A stretch of DNA of 64,000 bases from Bryobacteraceae bacterium (GTDB taxonomy: Bacteria; Acidobacteriota; Terriglobia; Bryobacterales; Bryobacteraceae), in NCBI GenBank assembly GCA_035484655.1, contig DATHOT010000117.1:16414-80413 (forward strand), read 5' to 3'. Both the position numbers and the translations under genes were made by a program. Below are positions 12,152 through 21,733 of the stretch, piece by piece (within the stretch, counting starts at the first letter, position 1; every line of letters starts with the position of its first letter). The notes below the pieces were generated by a model. The model searched no databases. It was not told the origin of the DNA and worked only from the letters and a program-made list of their open reading frames with translations.

Positions 12152-13453
12152 TTACTTACCTGTGTAGCTCACGCGCCAGATGGCCTTGTAGCCATCGTCG
12201 GTGAAGTAGAGCGAGCCGTCCTTCGCTACGGCGACACCCACCGGCCTGCCCCAGGCGTTTCCGTCCGGAGTGACGAATCCGGTGACAAAATCCTCGTAGA
12301 CCCCACTGGCGTGCCCGTTCTCCAGCGGCACGCGAACCAATTCGTACCCGCCGCGCGTCGCGCGATTCCACGAGCCGTGCTCGGCTGCGAACAAATCTCC
12401 GCTGTAATCCTTCGGGAATTGATTGCCTTCGTAAAACGTGAGCCCCAGCGACGCGTTGTGCGCTTGCACCATAACATCGGGTACGATCACCTTGTCCTTC
12501 AGCTCCGGATGCTTGCCGCCCAAACGCGGATCCGGATGGCCGCCAAGGTAGTAAAAAGGCCAGCCGTAGAATCCGCCCTGCTGCACGTGCGTGATATAGT
12601 CGGACGGCAGATTATCTCCCAGTTCATCCCGCTCATTTACCGAACACCATACCTCGCCGGTCTGGGGATTGACGCCGAGGCCCACCGGATTCCGAATGCC
12701 GGACGCGTAGACGCCGACAAACTTTCCGTCCGGAGTGTATTCAAGTATGTCGGCGCGATGTAACTCGGACGGGTGAGTGTCGGGATCATCGATGTTCGAT
12801 CCTGAGCCAACGGCTACGAACATTTGCTTGCCATCTTTCGAAAACACCACATCGCGGGTCCAGTGATATCCACCGGAAGGAATATCGGTCACCAGCTTTT
12901 CCGCGGGCCCGCCCGCCTTCAAATCGCCGTTCTTATAAGGCAGCCGCACCACCGAGTCGGTGTTGCCCACATAAACCCATTGCGGATTCGGGCCGGGCGG
13001 ATAGAAGTTGACCCCGAACGGCCGCTTCAAGCCGGTCGCGAAGGTGGAGACGTGCTCAGGCTTGCCATCGGCACCGCGACCGCGAAAAATCTTGATCTCG
13101 CCCGCGTGGCTATCGGCGACGAAGAAATCTCCGTTCGGCGCCGTGCGAATCTGGCGCGGCTCACCGAGTCCCGACGCATAGAGCTCGACTTTGAACCCAG
13201 CCGGGGCCTGCGGCCACATATTGTCGGGTTTCGCAACCAGGCGCGGAGGATTGGCCGTCGATTTGGTGGCGAACGGCTGTGGAAGATCGTCGACAGTGAT
13301 TTTGTGGAACTCACCCGGCTTGATGGAACGGTAATCGGCAAAAGCCGCCTGGCCGGTCAGCACGCTCTTGCTGTCAACCTTGGCAAGGTCGGCGCCGGCG
13401 ATCCATCCGGCCGCCCCGAGAACCCCAACGATCAACCACGAAAGTATCTTCAT
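12152..13453 (-). CDS. PQQ-dependent sugar (sorbosone/aldose) dehydrogenase family protein, exported
   Basis: Signal peptide MKILSWLIVGVLGAAG. Beta-propeller motifs GFYGWPFYY, HGSWNR and WGRPVGVAV. Confidence 0.85.
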   Translation of the reverse strand: MKILSWLIVGVLGAAGWIAGADLAKVDSKSVLTGQAAFADYRSIKPGEFHKITVDDLPQPFATKSTANPPRLVAKPDNMWPQAPAGFKVELYASGLGEPRQIRTAPNGDFFVADSHAGEIKIFRGRGADGKPEHVSTFATGLKRPFGVNFYPPGPNPQWVYVGNTDSVVRLPYKNGDLKAGGPAEKLVTDIPSGGYHWTRDVVFSKDGKQMFVAVGSGSNIDDPDTHPSELHRADILEYTPDGKFVGVYASGIRNPVGLGVNPQTGEVWCSVNERDELGDNLPSDYITHVQQGGFYGWPFYYLGGHPDPRLGGKHPELKDKVIVPDVMVQAHNASLGLTFYEGNQFPKDYSGDLFAAEHGSWNRATRGGYELVRVPLENGHASGVYEDFVTGFVTPDGNAWGRPVGVAVAKDGSLYFTDDGYKAIWRVSYTGK

Positions 13454-13657
13454 TTGAGGCCCATTATATCCTGCACCGAAGTACTAGAAGCAGAGGTTAC
13501 GCAAGTCTCTTTTGTGCGCTATCTAGGTGGTTCTACTCATTTTCCTCAATGGCGGCTGGTGATACGTTACTTAAAGACTAGGGAATCCTACATATCCTAC
13601 CGCGAAACATTCCCAAGAATTGAGCATCCACAAAATATCCAACAAGAGGAGGTAATT

Positions 13658-14497
13658 ATGCTAGAAACATTCGGTTGTTATAGTGTTGTGACTACCACGT
13701 TCGCTCGACTTTGCAGGGTTGCCTCAATCGCTCTGGTCTCGTCATTGGCCGGCGGCATCGCGGCCGCTCAACCACCCCGATCGCTCGCCATCATCAACGC
13801 CGCCAGCGGAGCGGCCGTGGTCGCGCCGGGTTCGATCGCTTCCGCCTTCGGAAGGCAGGTCGGTGGACCGACGGTGTCGGCGCTCTCGCTTCCACTACCC
13901 ACAACTCTCGGCGGCATGAGCATCGACATCACCGATTCCGCTAACGCGGCGGGCGCCGGGTCGCTGTTTTATGTTTCTCCGAACCAGATCAACTTCGTGG
14001 TTCCGAACGCCACCAAAACAGGGACTGCGACGGTAAAGATCCTCGGCGGCGCCAACAGCCCCGAGAGTGCCACAGTTGAAGTCGACACCGTAGCACCGGG
14101 GCTCTTCACCGCGAATGGCGCCGGGGTCGGCGTCGCAGCAGCCATTGCTATCCGCCGCGACATCGCCACCCAGACTGACAATCCGGTTCCGGTCTACCAA
14201 TGCAATGCGAATGGATGCTCATCGATTGGAGTCGATATGGGTTCCGACGCGATGGTTTTCCTGGAGCTTTTCGGAACGGGCATCAAGGGGAGGACCTCGC
14301 TGGCCAACGTCACCGCAACCATCGGCGGAGAGAGCGTCAATGTGCTGTTCGCAGGTGCTCAGGGGCAGTTTCCCGGCCTCGACCAGGTGAACTTGTCGTT
14401 GCCGCAGACTCTTCACACCAGAGGCGAAACCGATGTAGTTCTCACCGTGGACGGCCAAGTGGCGAATAGGGTGCGCGTGAATCTCAAAGGGAATTAG
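13658..14497 (+). CDS. Exported protein with TIGR03437-like (Solibacter-type) C-terminal domain
   Basis: ATG at 13658, 6 nt after AGGAGG. The rest of the 557-aa ORF is antisense to the previous gene. Hydrophobic N-terminus, IINAASG...GSIASAFG, and C-terminal VNVLFAGAQGQFPGLDQVNLSLP. Confidence 0.7.
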   Translation: MLETFGCYSVVTTTFARLCRVASIALVSSLAGGIAAAQPPRSLAIINAASGAAVVAPGSIASAFGRQVGGPTVSALSLPLPTTLGGMSIDITDSANAAGAGSLFYVSPNQINFVVPNATKTGTATVKILGGANSPESATVEVDTVAPGLFTANGAGVGVAAAIAIRRDIATQTDNPVPVYQCNANGCSSIGVDMGSDAMVFLELFGTGIKGRTSLANVTATIGGESVNVLFAGAQGQFPGLDQVNLSLPQTLHTRGETDVVLTVDGQVANRVRVNLKGN

Positions 14498-14517
14498 CAG
14501 CTGGCGCCGCCACAAAA

Positions 14518-14709
14518 TCACCGTCCCAATTCCTTGGCAGTCTTGCCGGCGATGCCCCATTGCGACTTGGGGACATCTTGAATCATGATGCGAACATGAT
14601 CGGGCGGACCGCACCCGGCGTCGACGCAAGCATCCGTAACTTTTTCGATCAGGGTTTTCTTGATCTCGTCCGAGCGTCCTTCCAGCATGTAGATCTGAAT
14701 AAAAGGCAT
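14518..14709 (-). CDS. 4-oxalocrotonate tautomerase family protein
   Basis: 63 aa starting MPFIQIYMLEGRS, with catalytic Pro at position 2. Typical length. Confidence 0.8.
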   Translation of the reverse strand: MPFIQIYMLEGRSDEIKKTLIEKVTDACVDAGCGPPDHVRIMIQDVPKSQWGIAGKTAKELGR

Positions 14710-14738
14710 TTTATCCGCTCCTGTGATATCTTACCCGC

Positions 14739-16901
14739 ATGAAGCGCGCGCTCGCCCTCGTTCTCGCCATTACCGCATTGCAAGCCTCCGAGGCAATCCG
14801 CCTCCCCGGGCTCGATCAACAGGTCGAAATCCTGCGCGACCACTGGGGCGTGCCGCACATCTACGCCGCCACCACGCACGACCTCTTCTTCGCCCAAGGC
14901 TACATTACCGCTAAAGATCGCCTTTTCCAGATCGATCTCTGGCGCCGCGCCGGCACTGGAAGGCTGGCCGAAATCCTCGGACCCTCGGCCGTCGAGCGCG
15001 ACAAACTCGCCCGCGCAGTCAATTATCGTGGCGACTGGAACGCAGAGTGGTCCGCCTACGGCCCCGACACCAAAGCCATTGTCACGGCCTTCACCAACGG
15101 CATCAATGCTTACATCCGAACCCTCGGCGCAAAGCTTCCGTCCGAATTTGAAATGGCCGGCTACAGCCCCGCGCTCTGGGCTCCCGAGGATTGCTTGAGC
15201 CGTGTCGCCGGTCTCACCATGACCGGCAATCTCATGCGCGAGGTCTCGCACGCTGAAGAGATTCGACGCCTCGGTCTCGATCGCGCCCGCCAGTTTATTC
15301 GCCTGGAACCGGCCGTCCCGCTGGTGATCCCCGAAGGTCTGGACCTTTCCGCGATCAATCGCGACATTATTGCCGCCTACCGCGAGACGGTCGGCCCGGT
15401 GAGTGTGACTACCGAACAAGGCAGCAACAACTGGGTTGTCGATGGCACCATGACTACAACCGGCCGCCCGATTCTCGCCAACGATCCGCATCGCCCTGTT
15501 CAGCTTCCTTCTTTACGCAAGACCGTTCATCTGGTCGGGCCGGGTTGGGACGCCATCGGCTCCGGCGAACCCGCGCTGCCGGGCATCGCGATCGGGCACA
15601 ACGAAAACATCGCGTTCGGATTGACCATCGTCGGGATCGACCAGCAGGATCTGTATGTCGAAACCGTCAATCCCGCCAATCCGGCCGAGTATCGTTATCG
15701 CGGAGCGTGGAAGAAGTTCGACACCGACCGACAGAAACTTACGGTCAAAGGCCAAGGCGATCAGAACATCATCCTGCGCTACACCATCCATGGGCCCGTC
15801 ATCTATGAAGATCCCGCGCATCGCCACGCCTACGTACTGCGCTGGGTGGGCAGCGAACCGGGGACCGCCGGATATCTGGCCGGACTCTCCCTCGCTCGCG
15901 CTAACGACTGGAAGGAATTTCGCACGGCTATGTCCCGCTACCAGGTGCCCTCGGAAAATCTGGTTTATGCCGACACAAAAGGCAATATCGGGTGGCAGGT
16001 TGGCGGCCTGACACCGATCCGCGACGGATGGTCGGGACTTTTGCCTGTGCCTGGCGAGGACGGGCGCTACGAATGGAAGGGATTTCAGAAGCCGGACGTG
16101 TTGCCATTCGAATTCAATCCATCGCGCCACTACATCGCCACGGCGAACAACAACATCCTGCCCCCTGGCTACTCGATCCCGCTCGGGTACGACGGTTGGG
16201 CGCTTCCGTTCCGCGTCATGCGGATTCGCGAAATGCTCTCCGGCGGCAAGAAGTTCGACGTCCCCGACTTTGAGCGCATGCAACAGGACGTGACCTCGCT
16301 ACCGGCCCGCCGCTTCCAACAGATCCTGAAGAATTGGAACCCCGATCAGGGCACGCGCGCCGCCAAAATCGTCGACGAAATTCTCAATTGGAATGGTGTG
16401 CTAGGTGTGGATTCACGCCCGGCTCTCATTTACGAGGTCTGGCTCTCGAAGCTCCCGGTTGCCCCGCTCGACACCGAGCCCGATGGCCCGGCACTGAAGA
16501 AATCGCTGGATGCCGCGCTGCTTGAGATCGAGCAGCAATTCGGCGCCGACCCAGCCAAGTGGCAATGGGGCAAGCTGCACCAACTCACCCTAGTGCATCC
16601 GTTGGGCAAACGCGAATTCCGGCTCGGACCAGTGCCGCGGCCCGGCGATGCCAACACCGTGAATGCCACCAGTGGCGAGCATCTTCAGCAGACCAACGGA
16701 GCGTCCTGGCGCGAGATCCTGGACGTCGGCGATTGGGACCGCTCCGTCATGACCAACGTTCCCGGCGAGTCAGGCGATCCATCCAGCAAGCACTACAGTG
16801 ATCTGCTGCAGGATTGGGGCGCCGGGCGTTATCATCCGATGCCATTTTCGCGCCAGGCGGTTGAAGCCGCTACTGAAGAGCGCATTATGCTGAGGCCTTA
16901 A
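14739..16901 (+). CDS. Penicillin acylase family Ntn-hydrolase (possible acyl-homoserine-lactone or beta-lactam acylase)
   Basis: Signal peptide. Alpha-chain DRLFQIDLWRR. Nucleophile-serine context TTEQGSNNWVVDG. Size is 720 aa. Confidence 0.88.
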   Translation: MKRALALVLAITALQASEAIRLPGLDQQVEILRDHWGVPHIYAATTHDLFFAQGYITAKDRLFQIDLWRRAGTGRLAEILGPSAVERDKLARAVNYRGDWNAEWSAYGPDTKAIVTAFTNGINAYIRTLGAKLPSEFEMAGYSPALWAPEDCLSRVAGLTMTGNLMREVSHAEEIRRLGLDRARQFIRLEPAVPLVIPEGLDLSAINRDIIAAYRETVGPVSVTTEQGSNNWVVDGTMTTTGRPILANDPHRPVQLPSLRKTVHLVGPGWDAIGSGEPALPGIAIGHNENIAFGLTIVGIDQQDLYVETVNPANPAEYRYRGAWKKFDTDRQKLTVKGQGDQNIILRYTIHGPVIYEDPAHRHAYVLRWVGSEPGTAGYLAGLSLARANDWKEFRTAMSRYQVPSENLVYADTKGNIGWQVGGLTPIRDGWSGLLPVPGEDGRYEWKGFQKPDVLPFEFNPSRHYIATANNNILPPGYSIPLGYDGWALPFRVMRIREMLSGGKKFDVPDFERMQQDVTSLPARRFQQILKNWNPDQGTRAAKIVDEILNWNGVLGVDSRPALIYEVWLSKLPVAPLDTEPDGPALKKSLDAALLEIEQQFGADPAKWQWGKLHQLTLVHPLGKREFRLGPVPRPGDANTVNATSGEHLQQTNGASWREILDVGDWDRSVMTNVPGESGDPSSKHYSDLLQDWGAGRYHPMPFSRQAVEAATEERIMLRP

Positions 16902-18034
16902 CTCTTTCCCCAGACCTCGTTCGCAATCTCGACAATCAAAGACAACTTCGCCCACTGCTCTCCTTCGGCCAGCACATTCCCTTCTTCAGTACTCGCGAAT
17001 CCGCACTGCGGACTGAGACACAACTGCTCCAGGTCCACATATTTCGCCGCGTCATCTAAACGCCGCTTCAGATGATCGCGGGTCTCGAGCGTCCCGGTCT
17101 TGGAGGTCACCAGGCCCAGCACCACAGTTTTGTTCTTGGGCACGAACCGCAGCGGCTCGAACCCACCGGCGCGCTCGGTATCGTATTCCATGAAATAGCC
17201 ATTCGCATTGATCTTGTTAAACAGGATCTCGGCCACTGGTTCGTACCCGCCTTGCGCGATCCACAATGAACGGAAATTCCCACGGCAGAGATGCATGGTA
17301 ATGATCATGTCCGCGGGCCGATCGGAAATCGCCGTGTTAATCATCTCCGCGTAGACCAGCGGCAGTTCGTCCGGATCGTCGCCCCGGTCCCGCAACATCT
17401 GGCGCTGCTCCGGGTCGCAGAGATAGGCCAAGTTGGTCTCGTCGATCTGCAAATACCGGCAACCGGCGTCTGAGAACGCGCGCACCGCCTTGCGATAAGC
17501 GGCGCCCAGATCGTGGTAAAACCCGTCCATGGTTGGATAAATCGACTCCGGCACAGCTTTTCGCCCGCCGCGAAAATGCAGCACGCTGGGCGACGGGATG
17601 GTCATCTTGGGCGTGTTCCTGGTGTGCTCCTTCAAAAACTTGAAATGCTCGATCATCGGGTGACCCGAAAATCCGATCTTGCCGGTCACACGCAGAGCTA
17701 TCGGCTTAGTCTCGCCGCCTTGAAATTTGATGCCGTGACCGCCCGAGTACGACTCGACGCCATCCAGCCCTGCCAGAAAATCAATGTGCCAGAATTCCCG
17801 CCGGTATTCCCCATCCGTGACACCTCTCAGTCCGGTCGCCTCTTGTTTAGCGATGACGTCTTTGATCGCTCGATCTTCAATGGCCTTTAGTTGTTCGGCC
17901 TTGATCTCGCCGCGCTCCCTCTTGGCGCGTGCTTCTCTCAACTCCCGCGGGCGTAGCAGACTGCCGACGTGATCGGCTCGAAAGGGAGGGGTGTTTCGCA
18001 GCATATCCGCACCATTGTGACGCACGCGGCTCAC
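16898..18034 (-). CDS. Cobalamin-independent methionine synthase-like protein (MetE C-terminal domain only)
   Basis: Zn-ligand motifs ITMHLCRGNF and LSPQCGFAS. N-terminus FRADHVGSLLRP. By comparison with the paralog at 35233-36330 the true start may be the ATG at 18004. Confidence 0.85.
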   Translation of the reverse strand: MSRVRHNGADMLRNTPPFRADHVGSLLRPRELREARAKRERGEIKAEQLKAIEDRAIKDVIAKQEATGLRGVTDGEYRREFWHIDFLAGLDGVESYSGGHGIKFQGGETKPIALRVTGKIGFSGHPMIEHFKFLKEHTRNTPKMTIPSPSVLHFRGGRKAVPESIYPTMDGFYHDLGAAYRKAVRAFSDAGCRYLQIDETNLAYLCDPEQRQMLRDRGDDPDELPLVYAEMINTAISDRPADMIITMHLCRGNFRSLWIAQGGYEPVAEILFNKINANGYFMEYDTERAGGFEPLRFVPKNKTVVLGLVTSKTGTLETRDHLKRRLDDAAKYVDLEQLCLSPQCGFASTEEGNVLAEGEQWAKLSLIVEIANEVWGKS

Positions 18035-18197
18035 TCACGCAACACCTTTGCTGTATACTCCTCTCACTGGAGGCAAGACGACCAACAAAAGCATGGGCGC
18101 CCTTTCGCCAACCAGAATCTGCTATGTCAGACTACGCGTGAGTAGGGTATAATCGCAAGTCGCGGATTCATCGCGGCAATCAAAGGAGAGAAGCAAG

Positions 18198-18593
18198 ATG
18201 GTCAGTCTAGCAGACGCACGCAGAGTTATAGCGGCAGCCGAGAAGAAGGCCGCCGAAATCGGCCAACCGATGAACATCGCCGTGGCGGATGAGGGCGGCA
18301 ACATCGTCTCCCACGTCCGCATGGACGGAGCCTGGATCGGCAGCATCGATATTTCGATGAAGAAGGCATACACTTCCCGCGCGTTCGATATCGCGACCAA
18401 GGATCTGGCATCTCATTCGCAATCGGGCGGGCAGTTCTTTGGAATCCACGCGTCGAACAACGGTAAAATCATGATTTTCGCCGGCGGCATTCCGCTGAAG
18501 CGCGACGGAAAAGTGGTCGGCGCCATCGGCGTCAGCGGCGGGTCAGGAGATCAGGATCACGCCGTGGCCGAGGCCGGCGCGAAAGCGTTCTAA
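18198..18593 (+). CDS. GlcG/HbpS-like haem-binding (DUF336) protein
   Basis: 131 aa with AAEIGQPMNIAVADEGGN and GAIGVSGGSGDQD. RBS AAAGGAGAG upstream. Confidence 0.8.
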   Translation: MVSLADARRVIAAAEKKAAEIGQPMNIAVADEGGNIVSHVRMDGAWIGSIDISMKKAYTSRAFDIATKDLASHSQSGGQFFGIHASNNGKIMIFAGGIPLKRDGKVVGAIGVSGGSGDQDHAVAEAGAKAF

Positions 18594-18622
18594 TTTTTTA
18601 CGAGCACGAAAGGAGATGATTT

Positions 18623-19825
18623 ATGGCAAGTAATCGTGGAGTTGTCTATCTGGGACCGGGGAAGGTCGAGGTCCAATCGATCGACTATCCGAAATTGCAG
18701 AACCCCAAAGGCAAGAAAATCGACCACGGCGTAATTCTAAAGATCGTAACTACGAATATCTGTGGCAGCGATCAACACATGGTCCGCGGCCGCACGACTG
18801 CGCCATCGGGACTCGTGCTGGGCCACGAGATTACCGGCGAAGTGATCGAAAAGGGCAGCGACGTAGAATTCCTGAACGTCGGCGACCTGGTGACCGTGCC
18901 GTTCAATATCGCCTGCGGACGGTGCCGCAACTGCCGCGAAGGCAAGACCGGAGTATGCCTGACAGTGAATCCGGCGCGTCCCGGCGGCGCCTACGGCTAC
19001 GTCGACATGGGGGGATGGGTTGGAGGTCAAGCCGAATACGTTCTGGTTCCCTATGCGGATTTCAACCTGATCAAGTTCCCCGACAAAGCGAAGGCGATGT
19101 CGAAGATTAAAGATCTGACCATGCTTTCCGACATTTTTCCGACTGGCTACCACGGCGCGTTTACCGCCGGCGTGGGGACGGGTTCGGTGGTTTATGTGGC
19201 GGGCGCAGGGCCAGTGGGCTTGGCGTGCGCTGCGTCCTGCCACTTGCTGGGCGCGGCGGTGGTAATCGTCGGCGACATGATTCCCGAGCGCCTGGCGCAG
19301 GCCAAGAGTTTCGGCTGCGAGACGATCGACCTACGGAAAAAGGCGTCGCTGGCGGATCAGATCGAGCAGATTGTGGGCGTGCCGGAAGTGGACTCAGCGG
19401 TGGATTGCGTCGGTTTCGAAGCGCGTGGACACGGCGGTGACGCGGGAGTGGAGCGGCCGGCCACGGTGCTGAACTCCGTGATGACGGTCACGCGGGCCGG
19501 CGGGGCCATTGGAATCCCGGGGCTCTATGTCACCGACGATCCGGGTGGTGTGGATGCCAATGCGAAGGTCGGGAATCTCGGAATCCGCATCGGGCTGGGC
19601 TGGGCGAAATCGCATTCGTTCGCCACAGGCCAGTGTCCGGTGCTCCGATACAACCGGCAACTGATGATGGCGATTTTGCACGACAAGGTCCAGATCGCGA
19701 AGGCAGTGAACGCCACCATCATTACTCTCGACAAGGCGCCGCAAGGGTACAAGGATTTCGACAAAGGCGCGGCCAAGAAGTTCGTGATCGATCCGCACGG
19801 GTCGGCGAAGAAGGCCGCGGCGTAG
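18623..19825 (+). CDS. fdhA: Glutathione-independent formaldehyde dehydrogenase (Zn-dependent MDR family)
   Basis: NICGSDQHMVRG, GHEITGEV, structural-Zn cluster CGRCRNCREGKTGVC, Rossmann GAGPVGLA. Size is 400 aa. Confidence 0.85.
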   Translation: MASNRGVVYLGPGKVEVQSIDYPKLQNPKGKKIDHGVILKIVTTNICGSDQHMVRGRTTAPSGLVLGHEITGEVIEKGSDVEFLNVGDLVTVPFNIACGRCRNCREGKTGVCLTVNPARPGGAYGYVDMGGWVGGQAEYVLVPYADFNLIKFPDKAKAMSKIKDLTMLSDIFPTGYHGAFTAGVGTGSVVYVAGAGPVGLACAASCHLLGAAVVIVGDMIPERLAQAKSFGCETIDLRKKASLADQIEQIVGVPEVDSAVDCVGFEARGHGGDAGVERPATVLNSVMTVTRAGGAIGIPGLYVTDDPGGVDANAKVGNLGIRIGLGWAKSHSFATGQCPVLRYNRQLMMAILHDKVQIAKAVNATIITLDKAPQGYKDFDKGAAKKFVIDPHGSAKKAAA

Positions 19826-19830
19826 CGCTG

Positions 19831-20499
19831 TCACTTCGGAGGAAACGCGCATAGATCCGCCGCTGGGCATGCCCGGCACAACGGAGCGTTCGTTTTGCAA
19901 AGCGTCTTGCCATGTTCGCGGAGCAGAAGGTGGGCGCGCGCCAGATCCGCAGGGTTATGGGGGAGCTCGTTTTGCAAAGCCTCCTGTACCGATCGATAGG
20001 TGGCGCCGTAATTCTTTTGCACCCGGCCATAGCCAACGCGATTCAACACGCGCAGTCCGTTCGATTCGAGCGCTAGCTTGGGGCCCACGCCGCAGAACAT
20101 CAGGATCTTCTCCGCTCCGGGATCACCGATAGTCGGAAACTGCTTCAATGCGCGCTTGGCTTTCTCGTAGGGCTCCTCGAGAATCCGGTCGAGATCGCCG
20201 CCGAACTGGCTCTCGGTGATGCGCGCAATCTCGCGCCAGCGGAAAACGCGAGTCTCCGGACGCATGCCGCCCCGCTTGGCCAACGCAAGCAGCGTTTCGC
20301 CATTCGCCTTGAGAATCGCGGCGGCCTTGATCCCTACTTGCTTGCGCAACCCTTCAAACACCTCGGCGCGCCGCTCGTCCGGCAACAGGTAGCAAGCGTT
20401 CTCCCACATCACCAGCTCGAAGGGCCCGCGCGCCGGCGGCAGATTCGGTTCGCCGTAATGCCGCCTCAATCTCGCGATTAGCTTCTTGAAGCCGGGCAT
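19831..20499 (-). CDS. HhH-GPD / endonuclease III-like base-excision repair family protein
   Basis: HhH LKQFPTIGDPGAEKILMF. Terminal CKTNAPLCRACPAADLC fits the C-X6-C-X2-C-X5-C [4Fe-4S] loop. Confidence 0.65.
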   Translation of the reverse strand: MPGFKKLIARLRRHYGEPNLPPARGPFELVMWENACYLLPDERRAEVFEGLRKQVGIKAAAILKANGETLLALAKRGGMRPETRVFRWREIARITESQFGGDLDRILEEPYEKAKRALKQFPTIGDPGAEKILMFCGVGPKLALESNGLRVLNRVGYGRVQKNYGATYRSVQEALQNELPHNPADLARAHLLLREHGKTLCKTNAPLCRACPAADLCAFPPK

Positions 20500-20507
20500 C
20501 GGGCTTG

Positions 20508-21212
20508 CTAACGCGCTCGGCTTGAATCGGGCGACTTGGTCAGGATCAGGATGTGTTGGCGCGGAAGCGTCTCGATCACCGGGCCAAGCACGAACCCCTC
20601 CGGCTCAAGCTCGGTTTTCACTTCCGCGACGCTCATCTTGTGTTCCGGACGGATGGGGATTTTGGGATCTTCCTTGCGATATTCGAGCAGCACCAGCCGT
20701 CCGTCCGGTTTCAGTGCCTCCCGGATTTTCCGGACCATCGCCTGCGGCTGCGAGAACTCGTGATAGACGTCCACCAGCAGCACCAGATCCATCTGGCCCT
20801 TCGGAAGCTTGGGATCGGTCTCAGTTCCGAGGACTGTCTCGACATTGGAGAGCTGGGCCTGGACCGCATTCTCGCGCAACATTCGCAGCATCTCCGGCTG
20901 CAGGTCGTTGGCATAAACTTTTCCGGCCGGGCCCACGCGCTTGGCCATGCGCAGGCTCATGTAGCCTGTGCCCGCGCCGATGTCCGCGACGGTCATGCCG
21001 TGCTTCAGGCCGAGAGCATCCAGCGCTTTATCGGGCTGCTCTTCGGTCTCGCGCTCGGGCCGCTCCAGCCAATCCGCGCCGCCTACGCCCATCACGCCCG
21101 CGATCTTTCGACCGGTGATAGGATGCGTGGGCTGGAAGGCGGCGGACGGCCATGTCCCGGCGAAGAACGCCATCAGAACGCAATGGGCCAAGCTGATCCG
21201 TGTGAACTTCAT
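20508..21212 (-). CDS. Class I SAM-methyltransferase-fold protein with N-terminal signal peptide
   Basis: Signal-like MKFTRISLAHCVLMAFFAGTWPSAAF. Motif I VADIGAGTGY. Paralogous to the C-terminal half of 44560-45651. Confidence 0.8.
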   Translation of the reverse strand: MKFTRISLAHCVLMAFFAGTWPSAAFQPTHPITGRKIAGVMGVGGADWLERPERETEEQPDKALDALGLKHGMTVADIGAGTGYMSLRMAKRVGPAGKVYANDLQPEMLRMLRENAVQAQLSNVETVLGTETDPKLPKGQMDLVLLVDVYHEFSQPQAMVRKIREALKPDGRLVLLEYRKEDPKIPIRPEHKMSVAEVKTELEPEGFVLGPVIETLPRQHILILTKSPDSSRAR

Positions 21213-21265
21213 TCGAGACCATGATAGGGCAAATGCGTCTGCGGTAAAATCGTTGGCAATAAGTC

Positions 21266-21733
21266 ATGAATATCTATCGATTCGCACTGATGCTCTTTCC
21301 TCTCTTCTTCTGCTTGCCCGCGCAGCCCCAGGAACTGCCCCAAGCCAAGGGCCGGGACCTGTATGAAAAAATCTGCGGTTCCTGTCACGGAACGGACGTC
21401 GTCTTCAAGACTCGAACCACCAAGGAAAAGTGGAAGACCACGGTGGACGAAATGGCGGCGCGCGGCGCTGAGGGCACCGACGAGCAGCTCGACACGATCA
21501 TCGATTACCTGGCCAAGTGTTTCGGTCCGAGAGTCAACGTGAACAAGGCCGCGGCCAAAGAATTGGAGACGCAGTTCGAACTTACGGGCACCGAAGCAGA
21601 AGGAATTGTGAAATACCGGCAAGACAAAGGCGACCTTAAGGATGTGGCCGATCTGAAGAATGTGCCGGGGCTGGATTTCAAAAAGATCGAATCGGTGCGA
21701 TACCGAATTATTTTCGTGGACGGAGCCAAGTGA
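21266..21733 (+). CDS. Exported c-type cytochrome fused to a ComEA-like helix-hairpin-helix region
   Basis: Signal peptide, haem motif CGSCHG, then LTGTEAEGIVKYRQDKGDLKDVADLKNVPGLDFKKIE. Its stop overlaps the next gene's GTG (GTGA). Confidence 0.75.
   Translation: MNIYRFALMLFPLFFCLPAQPQELPQAKGRDLYEKICGSCHGTDVVFKTRTTKEKWKTTVDEMAARGAEGTDEQLDTIIDYLAKCFGPRVNVNKAAAKELETQFELTGTEAEGIVKYRQDKGDLKDVADLKNVPGLDFKKIESVRYRIIFVDGAK

Noticed and set aside
12824-13657. Upstream 278 codons of the 557-aa ORF 12824-14497
   Set aside because: This part is antisense to the PQQ sugar dehydrogenase. A strong AGGAGG-ATG start at 13658 followed by a signal peptide defines the real gene.
18035-18197. Possible SAM or cobalamin riboswitch upstream of the MetE-like gene, and likewise for the second paralog
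   Set aside because: I saw no B12-box-like or SAM-I-like conserved core by eye. The second paralog has no leader at all, because its start overlaps the upstream gene. This cannot be excluded without a covariance-model scan.
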